Shown: one piece after another, positions 36,034-46,141 of the stretch
Layout: each line of letters starts with the position of its first letter
How positions within the stretch are numbered: the first letter of the stretch is position 1
DNA from: a virus
Strand: one strand, 5' to 3'
DNA: 64,000 nucleotides
Virus record (IMG/VR): IMGVR_UViG_3300028920_000029
Location: 109,363 to 173,362 of that record
Made by a program: the position numbers and the translations under genes
Notes under the pieces: model-generated
Databases searched by the model: none
Told to the model about the DNA's origin: nothing
Seen by the model: the letters and a program-made list of their open reading frames with translations, nothing else

Positions 36034-36774
36034 CTATAATGTTCCATATTCAAACGCGTCAAACGTAGGATTCTTACTTATATTAAGTATTTTTAAACCC
36101 TTACGTTTGGCGTGCTCGTTTAATATTTTAAAATTTTCTACTATTATATGTCTGTGAGGAACAAACCCCTTCCATCCAGGAACATTTGGTATTTCCAATA
36201 TATTATTACCAGCATACCCATACGCGTAGTCCAACTCAACGCCAACCACATATATTGGATTGCACAGCATAAGAATTGCAAAAGAAATGCAGTGTTCTAT
36301 AACAGTGTATACCGCGGTATTTCTTTCACTATACCCAGTAAATTTTTGGACCTCCTCTTGTATTGTAAGTCTACCAGGTATTCTTCGGGCGCAACAATCG
36401 TACACCTTACATAAGTCTTTGTGTAAAGGTCTATCTGTGAAATGTCTTTCATCAAATTGAAGATAGTCCACCTTTAGAAGTTTTTCAGCTTCTTCTCTCG
36501 GAGTTTGGTCAACTGATTCAGCGTAAAAAACTGGTACCCCTCTAGAGTTTATTACTTCATGTAGGTTTTTTATGGTATTGACGTTGTTAGATAACATCCA
36601 ATAGTGCATATTTACGTCGGTAAGTTTGTACCACTGGTTACAGGACATCATAATATACTTACTTCTGTACTCCTTTAGCTTATCTAAATGTGGGTTTAAG
36701 CTAGGCCCTAACCCCATAATAAAGCAAGGCTTATTTTTATGCTTACCCAGTATATCTTTAATTTGAAGTTTCAT
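36034..36774 (-). CDS. Maf/MptE-like putative nonulosonate transferase
   Basis: FIMGLGPSL, SCN, IYVVGVELDY. Confidence 0.65.
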   Translation of the reverse strand: MKLQIKDILGKHKNKPCFIMGLGPSLNPHLDKLKEYRSKYIMMSCNQWYKLTDVNMHYWMLSNNVNTIKNLHEVINSRGVPVFYAESVDQTPREEAEKLLKVDYLQFDERHFTDRPLHKDLCKVYDCCARRIPGRLTIQEEVQKFTGYSERNTAVYTVIEHCISFAILMLCNPIYVVGVELDYAYGYAGNNILEIPNVPGWKGFVPHRHIIVENFKILNEHAKRKGLKILNISKNPTFDAFEYGTL

Positions 36775-37673
36775 TTAAGTATATCCTCCAACGTATGTAT
36801 TACGTCGTACTTTTGTAGTAATAAGCGCTTTGCAGCTCGAATATGCTCTATTCTATGTTCCCACTCCTTGTCTTTTATGGCCTTTTCTATGGTACCCATT
36901 ATGTCCTGCGGAGTACTATTTTCTTTTAGGCGAATAAAGGATTTTTCTGGTATAAACTTTTCAAGGTTTGGCGCTCCCCAATATATGGGGAGGCACTCAC
37001 TAATTATGGCATCCCAAAATTTTTCGGAAAACCAATTACCTTCAAAAGTATTTTCTATAACCAGTGTATATTTATACGTATTAAGGACGTCATGCTTATT
37101 TGGTATGTCTTTATCCTTCCATTGCTTGTACGCCGATATATTTTTATGTACACATGAATACCTTTTTCCGCCGTATAGGTCATAATCAAAGTTTGAATCG
37201 TGCATCGCGTCAAGTAACCTTAGTCTTAGAGCATGGCCTGAATAGGTATTCCATAATGAGGTTATAAAACATAGTCGATCCTGTCTTTCCTCTTTATTTG
37301 GAATCGTCGCACAAGGTTTAAAACACTCTCCTTTTACATCATAGTATGGAAATACTATCGGTCTGTTTCTCTCCATATCAAAAAACTTATATATAGTATT
37401 ATCTAGATAAGCTTTATCTGCCCACTTACCCCACATTTTATGTCGTTCTGGGGGCTCGTATTGGTGAAGAATAACTTTTTTTAAATTTAAATCCTTTTCT
37501 TTTACACTTCCCCTATTGCCCACACAGTTTGTAACGACAACAAAATCGGCGTTTTTGTGGAACGGAACCGCAGTAATCTTATTGCTATTATACAGCGAAT
37601 ATATCTTCTCTATATACTTCGTGTAGAAAATATCTGTTGATGTCCAATCTGGTACATGACAAATTTTTATCAC
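36771..37673 (-). CDS. glycosyltransferase family 10 (fucosyltransferase-like)
   Basis: YKYTLVIEN..WFSEKFWDA..PIYWG. Confidence 0.85.
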   Translation of the reverse strand: MIKICHVPDWTSTDIFYTKYIEKIYSLYNSNKITAVPFHKNADFVVVTNCVGNRGSVKEKDLNLKKVILHQYEPPERHKMWGKWADKAYLDNTIYKFFDMERNRPIVFPYYDVKGECFKPCATIPNKEERQDRLCFITSLWNTYSGHALRLRLLDAMHDSNFDYDLYGGKRYSCVHKNISAYKQWKDKDIPNKHDVLNTYKYTLVIENTFEGNWFSEKFWDAIISECLPIYWGAPNLEKFIPEKSFIRLKENSTPQDIMGTIEKAIKDKEWEHRIEHIRAAKRLLLQKYDVIHTLEDILK

Positions 37674-38500
37674 TGCTTATCCTCCAATATAAGGCTGTAG
37701 TCTCTTTCTTCGTGCACCGAAGTTGGTGTGTGGCCATAAAAGTTTTTGGTATCTATTTTGTACCCCTTTAAATACTTATCATTTAATGTAGTTAGAGAAA
37801 ACTCCTCATTAGTTCCGTGAGGTGTATACCCCCGTTGCGTAAGGTTGTTTGGAACTGTCATCAAACACGTATGTAAATCAGAAACCATCATAGGTTTTTC
37901 TGAGGTACGTTTACCATTCATCTGTCCTTCCAACGCATTTGGATGTTCAAAGTTTAATGTATTAACTATTTTAGTAAAATACTCCCTCTTATATATGTGG
38001 GAATCTACAGCGTGTGGATAACCCCACTCACCTCGCGGGTCCGACGATCTCCAGTCCCACTTTAAAAAGTCTTTTTCTTCGCAAAAACTTGGCGTAGTTA
38101 CCTTTATTCCTGCAGAATGACTGTACGTAAGCTGCTTACTCATGCGAAGTGACACACACGTTACGTCATCGGTATAGGCTTGTAACAGCAAACTAATATT
38201 GGGTTGTCGAATTACTACGCAATCGTCAACAAACCCAATAATATATTCCCCAGAAAACGACTTCAACATAGCCAAAACCTGAGGTTTAAACTCGCTTTCT
38301 TTTATCCACGTAACTGTTAGATTTTTATTGCTAGCGTATGTATTTATGAGCTTATCATACCCAAGTTTAAATTGGTCATTAGAATACGTATATATAATAC
38401 TAACTTCGGATATTTCTTTAAAGTTATCCTGTATACTTTGTAATAGTAAACTTAACTGCATGGCTCTATCTTTTGAAAATACAAACGCGTCTATACTCAT
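37670..38500 (-). CDS. GT-A glycosyltransferase-like protein
   Basis: FSKDRAMQL, FVDD (DxD-like), WGYP. Confidence 0.6.
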   Translation of the reverse strand: MSIDAFVFSKDRAMQLSLLLQSIQDNFKEISEVSIIYTYSNDQFKLGYDKLINTYASNKNLTVTWIKESEFKPQVLAMLKSFSGEYIIGFVDDCVVIRQPNISLLLQAYTDDVTCVSLRMSKQLTYSHSAGIKVTTPSFCEEKDFLKWDWRSSDPRGEWGYPHAVDSHIYKREYFTKIVNTLNFEHPNALEGQMNGKRTSEKPMMVSDLHTCLMTVPNNLTQRGYTPHGTNEEFSLTTLNDKYLKGYKIDTKNFYGHTPTSVHEERDYSLILEDKQ

Positions 38501-39321
38501 TTTAGCTCCTTTAACGTTACATCCAATTTATCTATATCTCCACAATCGGTGTGTAATGCAAAATCGAACGCGCGGGTTACCATACTCTCATACTTATCTC
38601 TAGGAAAACTTATAAGATACTCAGATAGTTTGTCGACGCTATCGAATTTTCTATAGTCTATAAACAACTCTGATGGAACATACTCTTCTATATTATAGCA
38701 TCCATAGTAAATGGGTACGACCTTAGCCCGAAAGGCATCAAATATTTTTTCTGTGATATACCCATTTGAGTGTTCGGAATGGTAACAATTTTCAAAGCTT
38801 AGGTTATACATATATTTATCTAGCGTTTGTAACTTTGACACAGAGCCTGGAAATGTCTCCTCTTTAGTCTCTCCAACAACCCCCTTATATAATTGTTCTC
38901 CATAAGGAATTTTTCCGTAGCAATCAGCAACTAATTTCTTACTTAGCTTTTTCATGGTATCAAGTCGAAGGTGCGTTATGTCTCCGTTACTATGAGTTGA
39001 TTTTCTATGCCTACACAGTAATATTACCCCTAAAATTTTTTTGTCATACGGAGTATAATTATCCAATGTGTTGGTATATGGAATTGGAAATCCGTGAATT
39101 TTTACCACATTAAAGTTACGCTTGTACTTAATATACAATACGTTATTCCAAGTTATGATACCCTTATACCGCTGCCAAATACTCGTATCGTAGAGCTGAG
39201 GCGATACTGCCATACACTCAACCAAAAACAAATACTTGTTCTTACTTCTGCATTGTGGGGTATCCCCAAAACAAACGTGAGGATTCTCCTCTATTAACTG
39301 TTTCCATCTATCGACTATCAT
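38497..39321 (-). CDS. glycosyltransferase family 10 (fucosyltransferase-like)
   Basis: LSFEN..GYITEKIFDA..PIYYG. Confidence 0.85.
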   Translation of the reverse strand: MIVDRWKQLIEENPHVCFGDTPQCRSKNKYLFLVECMAVSPQLYDTSIWQRYKGIITWNNVLYIKYKRNFNVVKIHGFPIPYTNTLDNYTPYDKKILGVILLCRHRKSTHSNGDITHLRLDTMKKLSKKLVADCYGKIPYGEQLYKGVVGETKEETFPGSVSKLQTLDKYMYNLSFENCYHSEHSNGYITEKIFDAFRAKVVPIYYGCYNIEEYVPSELFIDYRKFDSVDKLSEYLISFPRDKYESMVTRAFDFALHTDCGDIDKLDVTLKELK

Positions 39322-39971
39322 TAGTTTTCCTTAGTTAACGATACTAATGTACCGTGATTACTATGCTTGGACGTTTTTTGTACGGAGCACTGCACTCCCA
39401 TCCGCTTACATACGTCATGTATTATAGATTCGTATTCGTGGTCTCTGGGATTTTCTAGTACTAATATGTAGCGGTTAGATAATTGTACCATATTCTCTAC
39501 GAAAGTTACAACCTTTTTTGTACTTAGGTGCATCAACACCGCCTGCGTATATACGAAGTCAAATTTCTTTTTAAAATGTTTGTGCGCCCCAACGACAGAC
39601 ATATCTAACACAGTTATATTCTTCAATACACTTTCCGATATACCGAGTTTTGTTCTGCCAAAATCTATTTGGGACTGCAAAAGTTCACACCCGCATAAAT
39701 CCAACTTATTATTTATTGTATATAGATTTTGAAGATGTTGACCAGACCCACACCCACACTCAAGAACACTAGATACTCCAGTTCTTACAACTTGGTAATA
39801 TAGCTCCTTCCAGTTTGCGCACAAGTTATCATAAAACTTAATATCGTTATCTGCTACAGAAAAGTCCTTAAGTAGCAGCTCCCTAACGGGCTTTATTTCT
39901 TCAAGAATTTGTTTTGAGTACTGATTTGTGTACTCTTCCCATTTATAATCGTCACTTAACTTTTCTTTCAT
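39321..39971 (-). CDS. class I SAM-dependent methyltransferase
   Basis: VLECGCGSG, FDFVYTQAVLMH. Confidence 0.85.
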   Translation of the reverse strand: MKEKLSDDYKWEEYTNQYSKQILEEIKPVRELLLKDFSVADNDIKFYDNLCANWKELYYQVVRTGVSSVLECGCGSGQHLQNLYTINNKLDLCGCELLQSQIDFGRTKLGISESVLKNITVLDMSVVGAHKHFKKKFDFVYTQAVLMHLSTKKVVTFVENMVQLSNRYILVLENPRDHEYESIIHDVCKRMGVQCSVQKTSKHSNHGTLVSLTKEN

Positions 39972-39975
39972 TTAC

Positions 39976-40650
39976 TTACCTCCAACTCCACGAGTTTACA
40001 TAACTAACTAAATCATCTTTGGGCAATTTTTGAATTTTTAGTCTCTCTGCCCTATTACTATGATAGTACTTATTGCCGAACATACCTTCATATTTTCTTG
40101 GGTGGTATAAATGAAATAGCTTTCCAGGTAATTTTTCTACCTTACCGCCTAATTTTACGACTCTATCTATGCGCTCTAAATCTTCTTCTCCCCACTGTAC
40201 CATATTTTCATTTTCACCGCCCATACTAAGATATTGTTTTCTATTAACAAAAACGCACCCTCCAACAGAATCATTGTGCAATGATAAACTTTCTAGTTTT
40301 AACTTATCCAGTGATGATAGCGGTTCTCTTTTCTTATCCCTCGGCACATCTAAAAATTCTCCGCCGTACGGAACCACAATAGTTGTGCCCTTTAAACACA
40401 TATCAATTGCCTCGCGCATACTTTCTAACGCAATAAGCGCGTCAGTATCCATTAGGCATGCCACTGGAGTGGTGGCTTTGTTAAGCATACTGTTTAAATA
40501 TCTCGTTCGGTGAAACGGGCGTTCTGTAACCTCATGTACCATAACCTCTTCGTGTAGTTTAGCCAGGTGAGCCTTAACTATTTCTAAATTTTCTTTTCTG
40601 TCCTCGCTATCTTGTTTGTATGGTATACAAAACGTACACGTTTTACTCAC
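39976..40650 (-). CDS. glycosyltransferase family 7/2-like
   Basis: DTD, GGENE..WGEED, FHLYH. Confidence 0.8.
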   Translation of the reverse strand: MSKTCTFCIPYKQDSEDRKENLEIVKAHLAKLHEEVMVHEVTERPFHRTRYLNSMLNKATTPVACLMDTDALIALESMREAIDMCLKGTTIVVPYGGEFLDVPRDKKREPLSSLDKLKLESLSLHNDSVGGCVFVNRKQYLSMGGENENMVQWGEEDLERIDRVVKLGGKVEKLPGKLFHLYHPRKYEGMFGNKYYHSNRAERLKIQKLPKDDLVSYVNSWSWR

Positions 40651-40651
40651 C

Positions 40652-42523
40652 TTACACTCCCAAGTACCAATCTTTGTGCTTATCTTTTATATAAGACTTT
40701 ATGGCATCTAAGTTTTTGTCGGCAACCGTTGTCCTGCTTGAACCCTTAACTCTCCAAAACAAGGAGGATTCTAAACACTTACCAATTCTCTTAGTTCGCT
40801 TAGCTATCCTTAACCAAAACTCGTAGTCTTCCCAGCCTAATGACATACCTTCATCAAAGCCTCCAACCTTTTCCCACAGTGATTTCCTAAACATAGCCGA
40901 ACAGTTAATAAACGGCCCTTTCCGTATCTTCTCCTCTGAGTATTCTGGCCAATCATAAATCTTATCCGACGAATCAAAACATGTGGAGCTAGTATAAGAT
41001 ACGTCCAGGTTATTGCTTGTAATGTTGTTATAGTTAGCTTTTAGATAGTTAGTCGGCAATATGTCATCCCCATCCACGCACACTATAAACTTATATTTAG
41101 CCTCACTAATACCTCGGTTTCTTGCAGCAGATACTCCCATATTCTTATCTTGTTTTAACAGTCTTATATCCATATCTTTTTCTTTGTCTATGTAGTTTTG
41201 TATAACCTCCACAGACTTATCGGTAGACGCGTCGTCAACCACTATAACTTCGAACTCCATTGTTTTAGAGTTAGCTTTTATAGACTGCAAAGTTTCCTCT
41301 ATGTATTTCTCCTGATTAAAACACGGAACAACAACGGATATTTTATCAACTTGGGGCTTGGATATTACCATAGAAGATATACCTTTCTTTAGCTTTTCAT
41401 CTACTATCTTCTTATACCAATTAGCTGTTTGCTTGGCCATTATCCTTTGATCAAACTTTCTCTTTACCAACTCTTTCCCAGCCATACCTATGCGTTTTCG
41501 AAGGGCTTTATCCTGTATAAGTTTTTCCAAAGCCTTAACCCATCTCAGATGGCACTTTCCTTTTGGAGAAACTAACAGTCCATCCTGGCCATCTGTTATT
41601 GTCCTATTATACGCAGGAACGTCTGACGCGATAACTGGTATACCTAATCCAGCCATCTCTATATATTTAAGATTGGATTTGTTAGAGTTAAACTCGGAAT
41701 CCTTTAACGGACACAGCCCTATGTCTATGTTATATAACCTACTGTAGTGTTCGTATAAGTTCTTCGTCCAGTCAAATCTTTGAAACCTGTCTGGCGGTAA
41801 GTCGTTAAACCCTTCAAAGGTTCCAAACCCACCAAATAGAAACTTAACTTTTGGGTACTTATTAAGTATCTCCTTTATTGCAGATATTATTTGTTGTAGG
41901 TCCTCGCCGTGGCTATGCCCTCCAGTCCATCCTATAACTACATCATCTGTCTCGTAGTTTCTTGGTAGATCATTAAGGTTTCCATATATGCTAAGGTCTA
42001 TTCCATTTGGAATAACTCTAACATTTTTATTCTTGTTTTGTAAAGTTGTCTTAAGTACATCCGTACTTACTGTGACATAGTCTGCGGCCTTAGTCATATT
42101 ATTAAGAACACGTTGAGCATCTGCATTCATAAAAGCATCATAAGCGGGGTTGTCTGGAGCCAGATTCGACAAGTCATCGTCCAGTTCAAACGTATATACG
42201 ATATTAGGATTCTGTTCTTGCATCACCTGGTAAATGTGAGGCTCATAAACTCTCTGAGTACCTATTATTTTAAAGTGGGGATTTTGGTATAGCTGTGCTG
42301 AACACCAGTTAGTTATGGTTATGTTAATATCATCGTAGTGTTCGGTATTTATTGCCCAGGCTAACTGAAGTAATCTATACCATCCGCACGCATTTATACT
42401 ACTTAGTATATATAAAACCTGCATAGCTTTTGGATTACTCTTTAGTATTCCTGGTGCTATGGTTGCTGTTCTACTCTTATCAAACAACACTGTCCAATCT
42501 CTTAAGAATTGAAAGTCCATCAT
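40652..42523 (-). CDS. GT4-like + GT2 bifunctional glycosyltransferase
   Basis: GWTGG..H, KSNLK..E; SVVVPCFN, VVDDAS, DGDD, WEDYE. Confidence 0.88.
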   Translation of the reverse strand: MMDFQFLRDWTVLFDKSRTATIAPGILKSNPKAMQVLYILSSINACGWYRLLQLAWAINTEHYDDINITITNWCSAQLYQNPHFKIIGTQRVYEPHIYQVMQEQNPNIVYTFELDDDLSNLAPDNPAYDAFMNADAQRVLNNMTKAADYVTVSTDVLKTTLQNKNKNVRVIPNGIDLSIYGNLNDLPRNYETDDVVIGWTGGHSHGEDLQQIISAIKEILNKYPKVKFLFGGFGTFEGFNDLPPDRFQRFDWTKNLYEHYSRLYNIDIGLCPLKDSEFNSNKSNLKYIEMAGLGIPVIASDVPAYNRTITDGQDGLLVSPKGKCHLRWVKALEKLIQDKALRKRIGMAGKELVKRKFDQRIMAKQTANWYKKIVDEKLKKGISSMVISKPQVDKISVVVPCFNQEKYIEETLQSIKANSKTMEFEVIVVDDASTDKSVEVIQNYIDKEKDMDIRLLKQDKNMGVSAARNRGISEAKYKFIVCVDGDDILPTNYLKANYNNITSNNLDVSYTSSTCFDSSDKIYDWPEYSEEKIRKGPFINCSAMFRKSLWEKVGGFDEGMSLGWEDYEFWLRIAKRTKRIGKCLESSLFWRVKGSSRTTVADKNLDAIKSYIKDKHKDWYLGV

Positions 42524-42837
42524 TTTTTATTCTTAGCCCCTTTTGACTCATAAAACGTGAGTATCCTATACACCGAGTTCATAGTCTTTGTGAGCATATC
42601 TGGAGATACTTCAAAGTTTCTGGCCCAAACTGGCTTTAATGCCTTCGGGTGTACCCCAGCAAAACTTACGTCATACTTAGTTGTTTCTGGTGAGTATGTT
42701 ATGTAGTGCTGTACCTGTAATCCATTATCTACCGAAAATGCTAATAGGCACTTCATAGCATACATATTATAAAACAACGTTTGAGGTTCAGATTTTTCTT
42801 CTACCGCCTCTTCTTTGCCTATTTTTTCTTTTTCCAC
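42520..42837 (-). CDS. hypothetical protein
   Basis: AAGGAGG RBS. Confidence 0.6.
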   Translation of the reverse strand: MEKEKIGKEEAVEEKSEPQTLFYNMYAMKCLLAFSVDNGLQVQHYITYSPETTKYDVSFAGVHPKALKPVWARNFEVSPDMLTKTMNSVYRILTFYESKGAKNKK

Positions 42838-43117
42838 AACACCCTCCTTTTAAGGCTGAAACTAATTTATTAACTTCTTTTTCATCTAAGCAAACCGCAT
42901 CTGTATACGGATGCCCAGTTGTGATTGTGTTCCATATACACCTAAGAACAAACTTAATATCATAACCTCTACTACGCTTATGTCCGTAACCATAAAAACT
43001 CATATAAGCTTCTTTAGTTTCTGGATCCTTTTCAATCGCTATAATGTGACACCCACAAGAGCACCTTATAAATTTTGACTGTAGTTGTTTTACGGAATAC
43101 ATATTGTTTTTACTCAC
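42788..43117 (-). CDS. hypothetical protein
   Basis: CSCGCH motif. Confidence 0.6.
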   Translation of the reverse strand: MSKNNMYSVKQLQSKFIRCSCGCHIIAIEKDPETKEAYMSFYGYGHKRSRGYDIKFVLRCIWNTITTGHPYTDAVCLDEKEVNKLVSALKGGCCGKRKNRQRRGGRRKI

Positions 43118-43439
43118 TTTTCTCTCCCATGATCTTAATATTTTCTATCCCGTACTCCTTCATAACTCGTTTGCAGTCATCACAACAATACCAATGACCA
43201 AATAAATACAAAGTACCTCCTCTTGCCCCATCTCCAGCAGCCTTACAAGCCATTACCTCGGCGTGCCCTTCTTGCTCACATACCGTTTTACATAACTCGT
43301 ATCCCTCACCAGTTTTGCATCCTTGAATATCCCTAGGACAGACCGCAACGTAGTTCTTACAATTATTTCTGCCTACCCAAAACTTACCGTCGTTCTCTAT
43401 TATGGCTAGGGTTTGCTGCTTTTTACAGGTATAGCTCAT
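43110..43439 (-). CDS. dCMP/cytidine deaminase-like protein
   Basis: HAE and CDDC zinc motifs. Confidence 0.75.
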   Translation of the reverse strand: MSYTCKKQQTLAIIENDGKFWVGRNNCKNYVAVCPRDIQGCKTGEGYELCKTVCEQEGHAEVMACKAAGDGARGGTLYLFGHWYCCDDCKRVMKEYGIENIKIMGEKSE

Positions 43440-43741
43440 TTCTTTTTACCTTTTAGTTCGAACCATAGTAGAAATAATATGCAACATCCACAGTGGGCTA
43501 AGTGACTAATGGATGTCTCAGGATCCGTTTTTTCTCCCATCTTCCATGCAGTCAGGTGTCTAAAGAGGGCATTAAAGTACCTCTCTTTTGCGTCAGGTAC
43601 ATATTGCCAATTATCTTTACTATATTTTTTTGCCCCAAAAGTAAGCACTTTTACTATTTCCTGTAAAGGCTCAAACGGTAGTAAGCCCCACATCGGCTTA
43701 CTCTTATCAAGCTTCCTTCCCCGCGATTTTTTCTTTTTCAT
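43436..43741 (-). CDS. dATP/dGTP diphosphohydrolase domain protein (DUF5664)
   Basis: K.D..K, GAKKY..NW, RH, DPET..SHLAH. Confidence 0.85.
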   Translation of the reverse strand: MKKKKSRGRKLDKSKPMWGLLPFEPLQEIVKVLTFGAKKYSKDNWQYVPDAKERYFNALFRHLTAWKMGEKTDPETSISHLAHCGCCILFLLWFELKGKKK

Positions 43742-43745
43742 AACG

Positions 43746-44000
43746 TTAGCCCTCCTTCACTTTTATTAAGCCAGCCTGGTCAAACTCATATATTACATTT
43801 CTTGGTGCGGGCGGATCTTTTCGCATCACAAGTCCCATGTAAGTAATCCCAGGATTCTCGTCAATAAACTTCTTTATTTTTGGATACCACTCCATAAAAC
43901 ATTCTTTGCATATTCTCTTCTCTTTAGTTACTTTACCACAAATGGTACAGTTTCTCATATCAATTTGTAAGTCTTTTGAATCTATCTTACTATCGTCCAC
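43746..44000 (-). CDS. zinc-finger hypothetical protein
   Basis: CTIC..CKEC. Confidence 0.6.
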   Translation of the reverse strand: MDDSKIDSKDLQIDMRNCTICGKVTKEKRICKECFMEWYPKIKKFIDENPGITYMGLVMRKDPPAPRNVIYEFDQAGLIKVKEG

Positions 44001-44271
44001 GTTTCTTACCCCACAATATAAAAGCGGTAACTAATAGCATACACGCAAATATGTTAACTATAAGATTAAAAATTATAGGTTTCTTGGGAGCTGCTGTAGC
44101 CACGTATACTAGCATAAGAAACTCCCCTAACCACCACCATAATACAAACACCAGAGATAACCCGTCAACATTCTTAACTTTATATGTATGAATAACTTGT
44201 GGGAGGCCACACGTAGCCAACAAAACTCCCCCAATCCATCCTATAAGTTCAACGAGATCCATTAGTTCCAC
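43990..44271 (-). CDS. PQ-loop/SemiSWEET-like membrane protein
   Basis: LPQV..K..GLS, three TM helices. Confidence 0.8.
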   Translation of the reverse strand: MELMDLVELIGWIGGVLLATCGLPQVIHTYKVKNVDGLSLVFVLWWWLGEFLMLVYVATAAPKKPIIFNLIVNIFACMLLVTAFILWGKKRGR

Positions 44272-44864
44272 CAGGAATCCATATATTTAGCTATGATATT
44301 GAATGCTTTTTTGTAATACTTTTGTCTGTTATACCAATATCTTCGACTTATCCTAATGGCAACTTTAGCGGCGTGACGTTCTTCTTCCTCCGTTTTACAC
44401 TTACTTCTGGTAAACTTACAAGTAACTTCTTTTCCATCTTCAGACGGTATAGTTTTCATATCCAATTCACCGTACTTTTCTTGGTGTAGTTTATAAAGTG
44501 GGGTATCCAGTTCGTCTTCTTCGTGAACCTTTTTGAGGTATGTGGCAGCTAAACGCATAAGTCTTGCGTAAGACTTATTATGAATATGATAACCGTACTT
44601 CGCGTGATGCTTGGCTAACTCTTCCAGACGTTTTTGTATCATTGGAATAAAATATACTGAGGTATCCCAGTCCTCGTTGTTATACATAAAACGAAACCAC
44701 CGAAATGCTCTGGAAAACTTTTCTGGAAATCTGGTAATCTCACACCAAACATCTTTAAAAAATCTTACGACGGCCCACCAACCTCCACCAAAACACCTTT
44801 CTACGCTTTTGGCGAACGTATCTGTTAGAACGACTTTGTATTGCTTATCTTTCTCTTTATGCAA
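44262..44864 (-). CDS. conserved phage hypothetical protein
   Basis: DWD motif and C-terminal WWN. Confidence 0.65.
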   Translation of the reverse strand: MHKEKDKQYKVVLTDTFAKSVERCFGGGWWAVVRFFKDVWCEITRFPEKFSRAFRWFRFMYNNEDWDTSVYFIPMIQKRLEELAKHHAKYGYHIHNKSYARLMRLAATYLKKVHEEDELDTPLYKLHQEKYGELDMKTIPSEDGKEVTCKFTRSKCKTEEEERHAAKVAIRISRRYWYNRQKYYKKAFNIIAKYMDSWWN

Positions 44865-44865
44865 T

Positions 44866-45066
44866 TTACTCCTCCATCAATACATCACAATTAGATTTGG
44901 GTATAGGACAAAACTTAAGTGCCTCTTTACCGTATAAAGTTACTAGATGTTCAAAATACTCCCACTTCGTCAGGTCTTCGTACATCGCACAAATATCGAA
45001 GTTTAAACTTCCTCCATATACCATGTCATCTATTATCCATCTACTACCATCTACCATATTGACCAC
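44866..45066 (-). CDS. hypothetical protein
   Basis: GGAGGTG RBS after promoter. Confidence 0.55.
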   Translation of the reverse strand: MVNMVDGSRWIIDDMVYGGSLNFDICAMYEDLTKWEYFEHLVTLYGKEALKFCPIPKSNCDVLMEE

Positions 45067-45079
45067 CTCCAGTTTATTA

Positions 45080-45108
45080 AGTATACACTAAAACTCCTCT
45101 GATTTCAA
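45080..45108 (-). promoter_or_regulatory. sigma70/SigA-type promoter
   Basis: TTGAAA-N17-TATACT. Confidence 0.55.
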
Positions 45109-45217
45109 GTTATTTTTTAACATTTTTCGTACGCGTTTTCGGCCCTTTTTCTTAAAATATCGCTTTGACTTTGTGTGCGCTTCCTCTGGGTGGGACGGTC
45201 GTTTAGCTGTATATAAT

Positions 45218-46039
45218 TTATTTATGCTTTTTGCCACCAGTTTTTCTCCTTTTAGTATACCTATCACACGAACTTCTAAAATAGCAGGTTGCACAAGACG
45301 CCTCTTTTTTGTGGTAAACCTTTGTTGTTTCAATGGCGTGTATAACATCAATAAGCTTGTTAAACTTATCTACCCTACTTTCCTTTGCTGAAGCTAACTC
45401 TTTCTTATTTATTTTCTTATTTAAAAACATATACATAAAACTCATGTCTCGGTCAAAGATTAAAGTATACAACATTACCTGAAAATTGTTTGTCCAACTC
45501 TTTTTGAACGACGTAATATTTTGAGTTTTAAAATCTATTACCAATCCTGGAGCTATGTATAGGTCTATCTTTCCGTTTACCAATATATGACTATATCTCT
45601 CCCACTCTTTGTGTAGTCTATTTTTTGGGAGGGTTGTGGCCAAGTCTCCTATACTAATAGAAAATTGTTTCTCTGGCTCTATCTTTGCGGAGTATAGTTT
45701 GTTATCTACTACCCAAGATACATACGGTCTAACGTAGTTGTTCACTATCATATAGTATGGCATAAGTCCTTTTGTATTTTTAGAGTACTGACCGTGTCTT
45801 TGTATGGCAATACTCTGTCCCTTAGTTAATATTTTCTTAAATAGGTCATCCGTATTATCTGCGAAGTTTTGGGTTAACAACCACCTATTAAGATCCTCTA
45901 AGACCTTATGTACTAATCCGCCAAATACCATACCCTTACTCGGAGCACTTTGCTGACGCTTTAAGTACTTTAAACTGTATCCGTATGGGCAGTTTAACCA
46001 TTGCTCTATCTTAGTTGCAGATATCTTAGTTATAGCCAT
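45218..46039 (-). CDS. PD-(D/E)xK RecB/Cas4-like exonuclease
   Basis: CP, G..VH, GKID, IDFKT, Q..LY, CxxCxxxxxC. Confidence 0.85.
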   Translation of the reverse strand: MAITKISATKIEQWLNCPYGYSLKYLKRQQSAPSKGMVFGGLVHKVLEDLNRWLLTQNFADNTDDLFKKILTKGQSIAIQRHGQYSKNTKGLMPYYMIVNNYVRPYVSWVVDNKLYSAKIEPEKQFSISIGDLATTLPKNRLHKEWERYSHILVNGKIDLYIAPGLVIDFKTQNITSFKKSWTNNFQVMLYTLIFDRDMSFMYMFLNKKINKKELASAKESRVDKFNKLIDVIHAIETTKVYHKKEASCATCYFRSSCDRYTKRRKTGGKKHK

Positions 46040-46141
46040 ATAGTCTCCTATAAGTTATTCGCGGCGGCCTGGAGGCACCGTATTTGGGTGAAAATACGAG
46101 TGGGTAGTAGGAGGGGAGACCTAATACTGGTGGCCGCCGCG

